This document shows, piece after piece, positions 45,329-59,532 of a DNA stretch of 64,000 nucleotides (positions within the stretch are counted from its first letter, which is position 1; each line of letters opens with the position of its first letter). The DNA lies in NCBI RefSeq assembly GCF_009914755.1, contig NC_060933.1; one strand, written 5' to 3'. Below the pieces are notes generated by a model. It was not told where the DNA came from and searched no databases. It worked only from the letters and a program-made list of their open reading frames with translations. Source of the DNA: the human T2T-CHM13v2.0 reference genome, Homo sapiens. The translations under genes were made by a program, and so were the position numbers.

Positions 45329-46058
45329 GGACGGTCACCATCAAATTGTACTGGGCTTTCAAGGGAAAAAAACATGTGAGATGTGCTATCAAAACACTGA
45401 AAGAGTAGACTTTAAGTGATGAACGTTCTCAAAGGGAGAAGGAAATTCAGTGTGGAGCTCCGTGAACAGCGGACGTCTCTAATTTGAACCCAAGAAGGAA
45501 TAAGCTTATTCCCCAGATTCTCCACAGAATCAAAATCCACATCGTAGGGAACTAACTAGCATTGGTGGATGGTAACATGTTAAAGAGCAGGTGTGGGGAC
45601 AGGGTGTGTCTGGGGTCAAATGTTTGGAAAATGCTGAATTAAACAAAGGAAATGGGCAAGAATGCTCAATAATGTTCATTGTAAACATCCCAAAGAAGTT
45701 TATATCTTTTGACAGTTGCACCTGTTTTTAAGAAGCAATGGATGGGATTATAGTTCCATGGAACACATTTTGGGAAACACTGGCCAAGTATCTCAAGCCC
45801 CTGAGGGCTTGGCCATCCCTAGCACCTGTGTGCAATATGCTTGGCAAGAACACACATCTGTGAGCTTCTTTGCTCCCCAAACCCCCACCTAGCTAGGAAG
45901 TTCTGAAATATTTGCAGGATGGACTCCATCTTTTTGTCATGCACAAGTCATATAGTTTATGGTTTTTGCAAAAAGGTGTGTCTTTCATTAATTTTCTTAG
46001 ACATGGGGAAGAGCCTTGGAAAATAGGACCTTAGCTGACTCGATTCTTCTAGTTCTTA

Positions 46059-46362
46059 CTTTTTTTTTTTTTTTTTTTTTTGAGATGCAGTCTCATTCTG
46101 TCGCCCAGGCTTGAGAGTGCAGTGGTGCAATCTCGGCTCCCTACAACCTCCACCTCCCAGGTTCAAGCTATTCTCCAGCCTGAGCCTCCTGTGTAGCTGG
46201 GATTACAGGTGCCCACTACCACTCCTGGCTAATTTTTTTTTTTTTTTTAGTTTTCACCATGTTGACCAGGGTGGTCTTGAACTCCCTTTCTCAGGTGAGC
46301 TGCCTGCCTCAGTTTCCCAAAGTGCTGGGGTTACAGGCATGAGCCACCAAGCCTGGCCTGGC
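46059..46362 (-). mobile_element. AluS
   Basis: PolyT then reverse Alu. Confidence 0.93.
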
Positions 46363-46617
46363 TCTTCCTTTCTTGATTCCGTGGGTCTCTCTTCAACCCC
46401 ACACATCACCCTGAGAATCACCTGTTTTCATGCCCTTGTTCCAAAAGCTGTTTGTCAAGCCTTAAATGACTTATGTATTTATTCAGGGTCCCTTTACCTT
46501 TTTAAAAGGTGGAATGCCACAGGCCCACTTGCAACAGGGGCTTCTCATGCGATATTGGTGCCCTTGAGGGTGTGGAAATGCGCAGGTGACAAAAATCCAC
46601 TCTGTAGTCCATTCACC

Positions 46618-47004
46618 AAGTCTTAGTTGATTAACGCTACTATGATACCTGAGACTGGGTGTCTCATAAATAACAGAAATTCATTCTCTGGACGTTCTGG
46701 AGGCTGGGAGGTTCTAGGAGCCTGCAGGTTCCGTTGTCTGGTGAGGGCTGGTCTCTGTGTTTAAGATGGCACCTTATTGTTGCATCCTCCGGGCAGGGTG
46801 GGGGGCAACGCTGTGTCCTCACATGGCAAAGGCGGAAGAGCAAGGGAGCTGAAGGCTGTGTGAAGCCTCTTTAGTAAGAGCCTTAATCCCATTCACAAGG
46901 GAGGACCCCTCATGGCCTAATCACCTCTTAAAGGCCCCATCTCTCTTAATTCTATCACACTAGCAACACCTGAATTTTGGAGCGGACACATTCGAACCAC
47001 AGCA
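46618..47004. mobile_element. MLT1A/MST-type MaLR LTR
   Basis: gtcttagt...ataaataacagaaatt...ttctggaggctgggag...aaaccacagca. Confidence 0.8.
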
Positions 47005-47321
47005 CCAATTCCAACAACATGGTTTGGGGCTGCATCTACCTGGTTGGGGGGCGGGGGGGCGAGGAGCACCTTTTGCTCACTGGCACAAAGGTGCTGCTGA
47101 GTGGGCCAGTGGCAGCTCTGACTTCCTGTAAGGTTATAGGGTTTACAGATTTCACCAGATTAGCATAACCTGGGAGTAGCCTCGTGTCAATGATTTCTGA
47201 GTTAATTAATGGTGTCTTTGAACTCCAGAATTGAGCTGAGCGGTTTTAGACCCACACGAAGCCAGCAGCTCTGCACTGGCACCTCTGAGAAGGGAAGGGA
47301 AAAAGGACGTTTGACCAATTA

Positions 47322-47642
<321 letters not shown>

Positions 47643-47832
47643 CTACTTCCTTCCTAAAAACAGGCCCCCTCTTCCTTCCACTGTGGAACTGAGCATTCAG
47701 CCTCAGCCACCAACTTTGTAAATACAAATTTCCCCTTCCCCTCGCACACTGACCCTCAAATCTCTAAGCAGCCTGAATAGCACACGAGGGTACTATAGGG
47801 CACATCAGCATGCCCTGAAGGCAACCTGGACG

Positions 47833-48305
<473 letters not shown>

Positions 48306-50156
48306 TGAGATTGTTTGGGGGTATGAGTTCCCTGGCTCAGTGCTTCTCAAATTTGAATGTGTAAATGAATCACCTCAATACTTATTAAACATGCAAATCA
48401 TGATTCAGCAGGTGTCTTTCTAACAAGCGGCCAAGTAATGTTGATGTGGCCAGTCCACCGGAGGTGCAAAGCATGGCGATGGTGCTGCCCGTGCTTTGGG
48501 ATCAGAGACCCCCGTGTTACAATCCTGCTTCTGTCTTTTACTCACTGCTTGACCTTGAGTAAGTTATTGACCTTTACGGAGCCTTAGCTTTTTCCTCTGG
48601 AAGAGACAGAGAAATGGATATCCACTTCCAAACACTCTTGTTAGAATCACATGAGATCATCTACCTCTTAACATTCTTGTTAGAATTACGTAAGCAGCAT
48701 GGCTTCTGGCATGTTGGAGGCTCTCATTCAATGGTGGGAATTCCATATTTTTTCCTCTGCCTTTTAAAAAACAAATATCAGAAAAAGAGAGAAAACTTCG
48801 TTAAACAAAACCTCAGTTGTAACGTTTACCTGGTCTTTGCCACCGAGTTTAGACCACAGGGGCTCCCAATGTTTTTGTCTCGTCCCAGTCCACCTGAGGG
48901 CCAGGACTGTGCCTGCACGTGGTTAACGCTCACTAACTGGTTGCTGAATGAATGACTAATGCACTTCCGCCAATAATAGTAGCTATAGCTGGCAGTGGGG
49001 CCCACTTCTCCCTAAGGCAGCAAAATTAGAATGTGTGGGAGGTGGGGATAGAAAGTAGATGAGAAAAGCTCTCTCCAAGACTCTAATACTCCCCCAAGGG
49101 GGCATCCCTTCTTCCCATTTAGGAATCAATAGTCCAAAGGAACTTCCAGAAAACTTAATTTTACCTCTTCTAAAATCATACGTTGTTTGGTTCTCTTGTT
49201 TCCTGTGAGCCCCTACAGAGGAACAAAAAAACAAAACTGCAAGGGCGGCCAGGGAACCATTGTCAGCTGTGCTGGAGAGGAGGGTGGCTCTCTTCAGGTG
49301 CTCAGCCTTGGAGGCCCCGTGCTGCCTCGTCCCTTCCCTGGGGCTTAGCTTAGCTCTCTTTGTTGAGTTGGCAGGTCTTTGGCTAAGGATTTGCACATCG
49401 TCAGTGTTACAACCTGCTGCCACTGTTGTATCTCGTGGCCGCTCTGCCCTCTGTGCAGCCCAAGAAGTCTTGGCATCCCTCTGCCCAGGCATGAAGCTTC
49501 CAAGTCTTCGCCCCACTCTCCAAGCCAAATTGAGCTGTCTCTGCCTTGCCTTTCATTTTCTTTCTCTGTGGGTATAATTGTGTTGACAGCCACAAGAAAC
49601 CAAATGTTTCCCTACATCATTTAGAGATGTGTGGCCTATGAAATTCCTTTCCATTTTGTTGTTTTCACCATGACTGCAATGAGCACAGTTGTCAGGAGAA
49701 AAACCTCAAAACATTTTGGGGAAATAGAGAAAACTTAGCATCCTAGCAATGTGTTGCCATTAGACTAATGAATCAATCAGGCAGCCAGATCACAGTGACT
49801 GCCTGAACAGAATGCACCTAGCTCCATGCAGATGTAACCTGTGATGTCACAGCCATGGCCTGTCCAGTGCATCCCAGGGCTGAGTGAAACACAGACCCAG
49901 TTGGGAGCTGAGAGGAAGGATGGGGTGAATAGCCAAGGGGGTGTCACAGGGCAGATGATGAGTAGGTAAATTACTGAAAGGTGCAGTTAAGATCTGAGAC
50001 TAGGAGTTAGAAAGACAGCGAAGGTGGCAAGAGACACAAACATGGGATCTCCCTAAATCCATCACACGGATTTATTTTTTGTCTTAAAGGGATATTTTCC
50101 CCTGATTATAAGAGTTCTATTGACCTATTAAAGACAACGTAGAAAATATAAAAGTA

Positions 50157-50914
50157 GTTGGATGCAGTGCCTCATGCCCTTAATCCCAGCCCCTTGGGAG
50201 GCTGAGGTGGGTGGATAGGTTGAGCCCAGGAGTTGGAGACCAGCCTGGGCAACATGGCAAAAGCCCATCTCTACAAAAAAATTAAAAAATTAGTTGGGCA
50301 TGGTGGTGCATGCCCGTAGTCCCAGCTCCTCAGGAGGCTAAGACAGGAGGATTACTTGAGCCCAGGAGACAAAGGTTGCAGTGAGCCAAAATCACACTAC
50401 TGCACTCCAACCTGGCAACAGAGTGAGGCCCTGTCTCAAAAAAGGAAGAAAAGGAAAGAAAGAAGAAAGGAAGAAAGAAAGAAAGAAAGAAAGAAGGAAG
50501 GGAGGAAGGAAGGAAGGAGAGAGGAAGGAAAGAAGGAAGGAAGGAAGAAGGAAGGAAGAAGGAAGGAAGAAGGAAGGAAGGAGAGAGAAAGGAAGGAAGG
50601 AAGGAAGGCCAGATGGGCGCAGTGGCTCACGCCTGTAATCGAGCACTTTGGGAGGCTGAGGCAGGCAGATCATGAGGTCAGTAGTTCAAGACCAGCCTGC
50701 CCAACATGGTGAAACCCTGTCTCTACTAAAAATACAAAAATTACCTGGGCATGATGGTAGGTGCCTGTAATCCTAGCTAGTCAGGAGGCTGAGGCCAGAG
50801 AATCACTTGAACCTGGGAGGCGGAGGTTGCAGTGAGCCGAGATTGTGCCACTGCACTTCAGCCTGGGCAACACAGCAAGATGTTGTCTGGAAAAAAAAAA
50901 AAAAAAAAAAAAAA
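50157..50914 (+). mobile_element. AluJ (50157-50442) and AluS (50607-50914) separated by a (GAAG)n tract
   Basis: Two Alus in the same orientation. Confidence 0.92.
50438..50608. repeat. Pure purine (GAAA/GAAG)n tract
   Basis: ~170 nt with only A and G. Confidence 0.95.
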
Positions 50915-51648
50915 GGAAAGGAAAGAGAAATAGAGACAAAGAAGGAAAGAATAAAAAGAAAAGAAAAATAAAATATAGAAGCTCATGAAAAAGAAAATGA
51001 AGATTGCTTACAATTCCACTTTTGGTTAAGTATACTCTTTATATGTATTCTATTAATTTCTATTTACATCCACACCAGCCAGTCTATCTTGCATGGTTCA
51101 GAAGGGCCCTGGACAATTGTTAAATAAGTACATCCCTGCCGCTCTTTACCCAACGCAAGCTTCCTGAGGTTGCCCACGTGAGAAGCAGTCCAATTTCAGC
51201 CCAACATCTGCATTCTGAACATCACCCTCACGACCTTTAAGGCTGGAATCAAAATTTGCTCTTTGTTTTCTACATTGGCGGTGTCTTATCATGTGTGGCA
51301 TGTCATCTAATCAGTCATCAAGTCCGGATTGTTCCACCATCCAAATGTATTTTGAGGCCAGGCGCGGTGGCTCACACTTGTAATCCTGGCACTTTGGGAG
51401 GCTGAGGTAGGTGGATCGCTTGAGCTCAGTAGTTCAAGACCAGCCTGAGCAACAAAGTGAGACCCCTCCCGCACCACCGTCTCTACCAAAACAAACAAGC
51501 AAACAAGATTAGCCGGGTGTGGTGTCGTGTACCTGTGGCCCATTCAACCTCTTTTTCTTTATAAATTACCCAGACTTGAGTATGTCGTTATTGGCAGCAT
51601 AGAAACAAACGAATACAATCTTAAACCACAGACTTTCAGAATATGAAA

Positions 51649-52006
51649 ATCATAAAATTTTCGAATCCAGATTTTACAGTCATTGGAGATTCCAGAAACC
51701 AGTCTAATAACTCCACCGTATAGATGGAGAAACTGGGCCCAGTGGGGCTCAATGACTTGTTCCAGGCCCAAGAGTTAAGGGCAGAGGTAAGATCTCCCCA
51801 CATCAAGGCAGACCTATTCTTCCATAGCAGTAGTTTTCAAACGGACTTCTCCAAGGCACCAAGGTTCCTTAGAAGTATCATAAAGGTTCCGCCTGCAAGA
51901 CATTGAATCCCACTAGGCCTAGTTTCTCCATCTATACAGTGGAGTTATTAGACTGGTTTCTGGAATCCTCCATGACTGTAAAATTTGGATTCCAAAATGT
52001 TATGAT
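51649..52006. repeat. Inverted repeat, 111-bp arms (51649-51759, 51896-52006), 136-bp spacer
   Basis: Manual alignment gives about 12 mismatches in 111, including a perfect 29-bp core GATTCCAGAAACCAGTCTAATAACTCCAC. Confidence 0.92.
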
Positions 52007-52789
52007 GAAGGGAGGGATGAGGAAGGGATGAGCAGAGAGTGGAGCCTCAAGCCTATAATTAAAACAGTTCTACTTTCACCTCATGTATCTTGAGACCTGA
52101 GTAGTTGTCTTTTTTAAAAAAGGGGTTTTCTTCCCCCCAAAAGTTTCAAAAACTCATGCACTGTATATTGTGTTTAATAAATAATCATGAGCAGCAAAAA
52201 AAAATTAAACCAAAACCAGAAAATGAAACCCCACACATGATCACAATGGTAATACAAATGAAATCTTTAAAGATATTGGTTAGGAACACTCAGGTTGATA
52301 CAAACATCCTAATTTTGTTTCCTGCAGGTAGTGGTTGGGGGTTAGAATGACAGCCGTCTATAACAGAATACAGCCTAGAAATCTGCATCTGAGTTCCTGT
52401 CTCAAATAGAGCTGGGCAATTTCAGATTCTGGGTACAGAGAGGAAGAGAAAAGACTGTCCCAAAATGTTCCTCTGGCATCACGTCAGGAACTGCATGTAT
52501 TTACAAAGAGGCACTCACTCCTGAAAGACCGTGGTTGATAATGACATGCTTGGAGGATTGGATCCTAATTCTGATTAAGACTTTCAGCTACACAAATAAA
52601 ATATTTTCATTGATCAAGGCTGAATCTTCCACTTTTACTCTCCAAAATGCATGTTTTCTATCCTGGGGAAGTAACGCCCCCAAACTTTAAACAAGGTAAC
52701 CAGATCAGGATTCAGTCAGTAGCAATCAACAAGGACAAATGGATTAATGACTGGCGGTGGAAAGACATTTGTCCAGGTCTACAATTTAA

Positions 52790-53765
<976 letters not shown>

Positions 53766-54604
53766 ACTCACTTATTATATAATGGAAACCTCACTTTCAC
53801 TTTGCCGGGATCAAGGTTTAACTTCACTACAGTTCAGTATTTCCAGGACTGTTGAAAGATTACAGACAAAAGAAGTCTCCTATGAAAAGCTACCCAAAGC
53901 AGAAGGGACCTTCATGAGGGATAAGACCCTGCTCTCTTGCTTTCTAGCGGGTTTTAAGGCAACTCTTTTTTGTTTACTTTGTCTTTCTGTTTCTGCTTGT
54001 TTGTTTTTTACACACGTTCAACCCAAGGATCATAAAAAAGCTTGGCACTCAGGGCAGTGACAACACCCTTTTATTTCGGTGTGCTTTATTTTTTTCATAA
54101 CTCAAGTAACGATGTAACTTATGATCCAAATGAGACTATGAGAGAAAAGGGGAATATTAAGAAATACTGTATGTGCATTTACTTTCCCGCATATATTCAG
54201 TTTCCATCACCCCAGCATCCGAGCTCCACGAGGGCCGACTTAACCCAGCCCGCCACAGTGCCCTCAGCACCATGGACAGCGCCCAGCAGAGCGCAGGCGG
54301 GTGGAGGAGGCTGGGCAGTGCGGTCAGCACCTGGGAAGCAGCTGATGAGGCAGGCCAGAATGTCTACTGTGAGACCTAAAGGATGAGTGCGGGTTTTCTA
54401 GATGAACATCGGGGAAGAGAATATGCCAGGCTTCTGTACAAACTCTGAAAAGGGAAAGACGAAGACTTGTCTGAAGAGCTGCCAAAATGCCACCATGGCT
54501 ACAGTGGAAAATGGAAACGTGAAGAGGGGTGAGACAGACTAGGCAGGGACTCTGGAGGCCTGGACTTTATCCCAAGAGAGGTGGAAAGCCACTGAAGTAT
54601 ATAA

Positions 54605-54919
<315 letters not shown>

Positions 54920-56272
54920 TTTTAAGTTCATCCACATTTAATGATATCAATATACTGCAGGGTATTTTTCTTTTACTTTTTAATAGGTAATATTTTTACA
55001 TGATTCAGAATTTGAAAGCATTCAGTGATAAGTCTATCTGTCCCCTCTATTTTTCCCTGGAGTCATCTGCAAATGTTATTAATTTCATATTTATGTGTCC
55101 AGGGATGTCTTGCAGCTATATAAGCAAATATTTTCAAAAATAATATGTCTTAATATATTTTTGTACCCCTTTTGCTAAAGGTAATGAATGCATGCTTTAC
55201 ACACTCTTCCGCACCTAGCTTTTTTCATCTAATGCAATATGCTGAGGGGATCTTCCACATCAGTTGTATATCTTAGTTTAGCATTTAAGGCATTTCATCT
55301 CCTCAAAATTGTTTCCTGCTGTTTCTCATCTTTTTCTGTGAGGCCAGTTCTTGCCTTTGGTCTCAATCTTTAGAGTATTATTTTCTAAACTGTGTTTTAT
55401 ATTCACAGACATTCCTCACCCTACCCCACTCCCAAATAAGTTTGGGAAGTGCCAGGTTAAACAAGGTTCAGCGTGTCTCCTTTCTGCAGAACTTCTCTGG
55501 ACTGCAGTAGATTTAATGTCCTAGTCCTCACACTGGCTCTCACAGAAAGGACATGGTGTGCAACCTTTCCCATCTGCATTTGTTCCTGGAACCTTTTCCC
55601 TGAGCATCTCAGGGGAATGTTGTGCTGTAGAAGGGATGTAGGAAAATGCTGCTTCAGACAGCGTTTCTCTCCCTAGTCCAGTACTCAGTAAAGACTGACC
55701 AGTTCCTGCTGTCTATCTATCTTTTATGCTTGATGCTGACCAGTACTTTTCTGTTAATAATTCCTCTCCAGACAGGTTAGAGCAAAATCAATTAGGTTAC
55801 CACTTTCTTAGTCAGTGACCAGATATACCCTGGTCACCTTGATTAGATTTGAGTGTTTCCCAAGTCAGCAAGGCATCCACAGGCTACTTCTCAGAGAGAG
55901 CAAATTTCTGTGTTTATGTGTCCTATGCTGATTCTGACTAGGTCTGCATTGTAAAAGGGACTTCTGCTCCAAAGTTGGAGTGCCTTACCCTAGCTCCCTA
56001 ATGACCGACCATAGACCAGAGGACCCTGGGCTCCATCTCCAGGCGTCTGTCTCCTATCCCATGGCCTCCTCAGCCCCTGTTCCCATACTCAGTTGTATAG
56101 GATATTATATTGGGCACTGATCACTTTTCTCCAGCAGAATTGCAAATTTTTTCAAGTCAGAAACTTTGTTTTCTTCTTAGTGTGTTCCATATCAACCTCT
56201 CCACCCTCCCCCAGGGCCAGGCACACTAGAACTCATTATTTTTGAAATAACTTTATGGGAAAAATAGGTACC

Positions 56273-56648
56273 TGATATGGTTTGGCTGTGTCTCCACCCA
56301 AATCTCATTTTGAACTGTAGACCCCGTAATCCCCACGTGTCGTGGGAGGGACCCAGTGAGGGGTAATTGAATCATGGGGGTGGTTGCTCCCATGCTGTTC
56401 TCCTGATAGTGAGTGAGTTCTCATGGGGTCTAATGGTTTTATAAGGGACTTTCTCTCACTTCGCTCTACAGTTCCCCTTCCTGCTGCCATGTAAAGAAGG
56501 ACGTGTTTGCTTCCACTTCCGCCATGATTGTAAGTTTCCTGAGACCTCTCTAGCCATGCTGAACTGTGGGTCAATTAAACCTCTTTCCTTTATAAATTAC
56601 CCAGTCTTAGGTGTGTCTTTCTGAGCAGCATGAGAATGGACAAATACA
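56273..56648. mobile_element. THE1-type MaLR solo LTR with 5-bp TSD GTACC
   Basis: gtacc-tgatatggtttgg...ggacaaataca-gtacc. Confidence 0.92.
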
Positions 56649-59132
56649 GTACCTATAATCTCTCTCTTCACTTGTCAAGCAAAAAAATGTATTGCTCAAT
56701 AGAGCTCTGCAAACCAGTGGACTTGTGGGTGGGGATGTGTTCTGTCTGCACCTGCCCTCCGTGTCCTCACCTGCCCCGGCTCACAGCCAACATTCAGTGA
56801 ACACTGGGGGTGTGGGCCACAGTCCGCCCATTATTTGAATATTCACAGAACCAATGATGATAAAGGCTGGGGGTCCTTGGAGATCATGGAGTCTGACTCC
56901 CCTCATTTTGCTTATGAGGGGCTAAAGATGGCTCTGGCTTGCCCCAGGACACACAGAACTGGGACTCAAGCCCAGGTCTTCTGCCTTCCCTGGCTCTGCC
57001 ACTGGCAATATTGTCTCCTTGGTAAAACGGGGTTAATGATATCCACCTTGCAGGACTACTGTGAGGCTCACTCTGCCGAGAGGGTGCATGTAGGGTTCTT
57101 GGCACAGTGTCTGGTGCTGTTACTGATCAATGTATAGTGGTTATTGTGGCAAGCAAATATCCTTCCCCCCATGCCTTAAAAGCTCAAAAGAGTAAGGCTG
57201 ATTTCTCTACATTTCTAATGTCTATCAGTGTCTTACGGTTAATAGAGCCCAGCAAGTATTTGATGATGGTAACCGGTTACCTGGTTGCTTATGTAACTTT
57301 TACCTTATAGCCCCAAGAGAAATTGGCCCTGTCCCCTTCTGAAGGATGATAGGTGTCCACTCTGGTAGAAAATTGAGTTCCTATGTGACTTTGGTTAGAC
57401 AAGACTCTTCCCCTTGCCTCGATTTCCCCCATCAACTCACTAAGCTTGGCCTGAGGAAGAAGATGCAGTAAACCTTGATTTATGGATTCATTAGGGCTTG
57501 GAAAAGGTCCCTAGTCCTCAGAGCCAAGCACTGTTATTTAAAGAACACTGATGGAAGAGTGGAGTTAGGTACTCAAATCGCCCTCAGAGGACTGACAAGG
57601 CAGCCAGTCATTGTAGGGCATTTAGAGAGCTAATTCCTTGTTTCAGTATTTAAGGCCTTCGAAAAAGCTACATCCATCTTCCATGAAGAAAAAAAAATGT
57701 TCTTGCATCTTCCTGCTATCTAGAGATTATTTAGTACTCTGATATTGACACCACTTCTGTAGAAAGATTTAAAGATAAAAATGCAATGTATTCAAGTGCT
57801 GATCATTTTTCATCGTCACTTAGTGACAGTACAGCCTGGAGTCAATTGCAGCAGATTTATCTTTTGTGATATTGATTGCGTGCATGTGTGCTGAAGCTGT
57901 TTGCAAATACCTGGCTTCATCTATGAGGGGGCACTGCAAGCGCTGGGGGTGGGAGGCTTGGACAAAGAGACAGGGCTTGGTGAGGACCCTGCCTCTAGCT
58001 TTTTGCACTACAGGAGAGTCTGGATGGGCACTGCTGAGAAAGAACTGGACCAGGAGTCCCAGAAAAGGCTGATCATTAAATGTCTGGGGAGGAACCTACT
58101 GTTTAGTCATCATGCAAAGTCCCTGAGGTGTTAGGAGCGAAATGGTCGGGAGTCATTTGTGTCCTGAGGCTTATAATAAACATGCAGAGCTGGAGTTCCA
58201 GCCTTCTTTGAAATTTGTGTCTCCTCCCTAAAAGTGTATGGGTCAACAGCTCCCCAGTTGGGGAGATGTGATCCCAGTCAAGTCATTCAAACTCCCTGGT
58301 CCTCAGTCTCCCCATCTGTCAACAGCTCCCCAGTTTGGGAGACAACTAAGCCCTAGAATGACACCATCTTCCCTTCATAACAACAGGGCTACGATTTACA
58401 CCCACTGCACTGGCCATTTTCCACACTACCTTATGAAGAGCAACCCTGGGAGCAGGGGAGGGAGGATGCTGAAGTCAGGGTGGGTGGTGGTGATCGGTAT
58501 CCTTCATTTTAGAGGACACAGCTGAATTTTAAGGAGTCAAAGACCTTGCCCTTAAACCACCTGCCTTTCGTGCAGTCATTTCCTTCCATCTTATCCCCAC
58601 TGGTGGCCACTTCCTGGATTATTTTCTTTCAAAGCCAGCTTCAAATCCTACACTGTCTGCCTATTAGGGAGTGGTTCTCACCAGATCTCAAGTCCCCATT
58701 TTAAAAAATGACAGTAGAGTATGGTTCAGGAAAAAAAAATAAAAAAGAAAAGCAATGGGTTGGAAAATAAAAAAGTAGAATTCTGGGCCTGACTCTGCCA
58801 CTAGCTTATTTGGTGACCTTGCTACTTATCCTCCAGAGACCTCAGTTTCCTCACCTGTAAAATGGATTAAAATGAAAGCATATTGAGGTAAAGGCAACAA
58901 GAGCTATTCCTTAGTTCATGTAATAAATATTTGTTGAGACACGATTCAGGTTGGGGCACCTGCTTTGCTCTGTACAGTGTTGATATGTCTTCTAAGGCAG
59001 TGGAAAGTTCTTGGTTTCAGGGTCAGAGACCTGGGTTTGAATCCTGCTTCAGCCTCTTGCTCATTGTATGATTCCAGGCAAGTCATCCAAACTCCCTGGC
59101 CCTCGGTCTTCTCATCTGTAGCATTGAGATGG

Positions 59133-59532
59133 TGATATGGTTTGGCTCTGTGTCCCCACCCAAATCTCATGTTGAATTGTAATTCCAAATGTTGGAGGTG
59201 GGGCCTGGTTGGAGGTGATTGGATCACAGGGGTGTTTCTAATGGTTTGGCACCATCCCCCCAGTGCTGTCTTGTGATATAGTGCTCATGAAATCTGATTG
59301 TTTAAAAGTGTTTGCTTCTCGCTTTCAGTCTCTCTCTGTCCTGCGCCTGCTGGCCATGTGAAGATGTGCTGGCTTCCCCTTCACCTTTTGCCATGATTGT
59401 AACTTTCCTGAGGGCTCCCCAGAAGAAGAAGCCTGTGCAGCTTGCAGAACCACGAGCTGATTAAACCTGTTTTCTTTATAAATTACCCAGTATCAGGTAT
59501 GTTTTTACAGCAGTGTGAGAATGGATGAATAC
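59133..59532. mobile_element. MST-type MaLR solo LTR inserted in a MIR
   Basis: tgatatggtttggctctgtgtccccaccc...ataaattacccag...gaataca. Confidence 0.9.

Noticed and set aside
48983-49577. Overlapping 181-aa and 105-aa ORFs
   Set aside because: Non-ATG starts, no recognisable homology, no exon boundaries.
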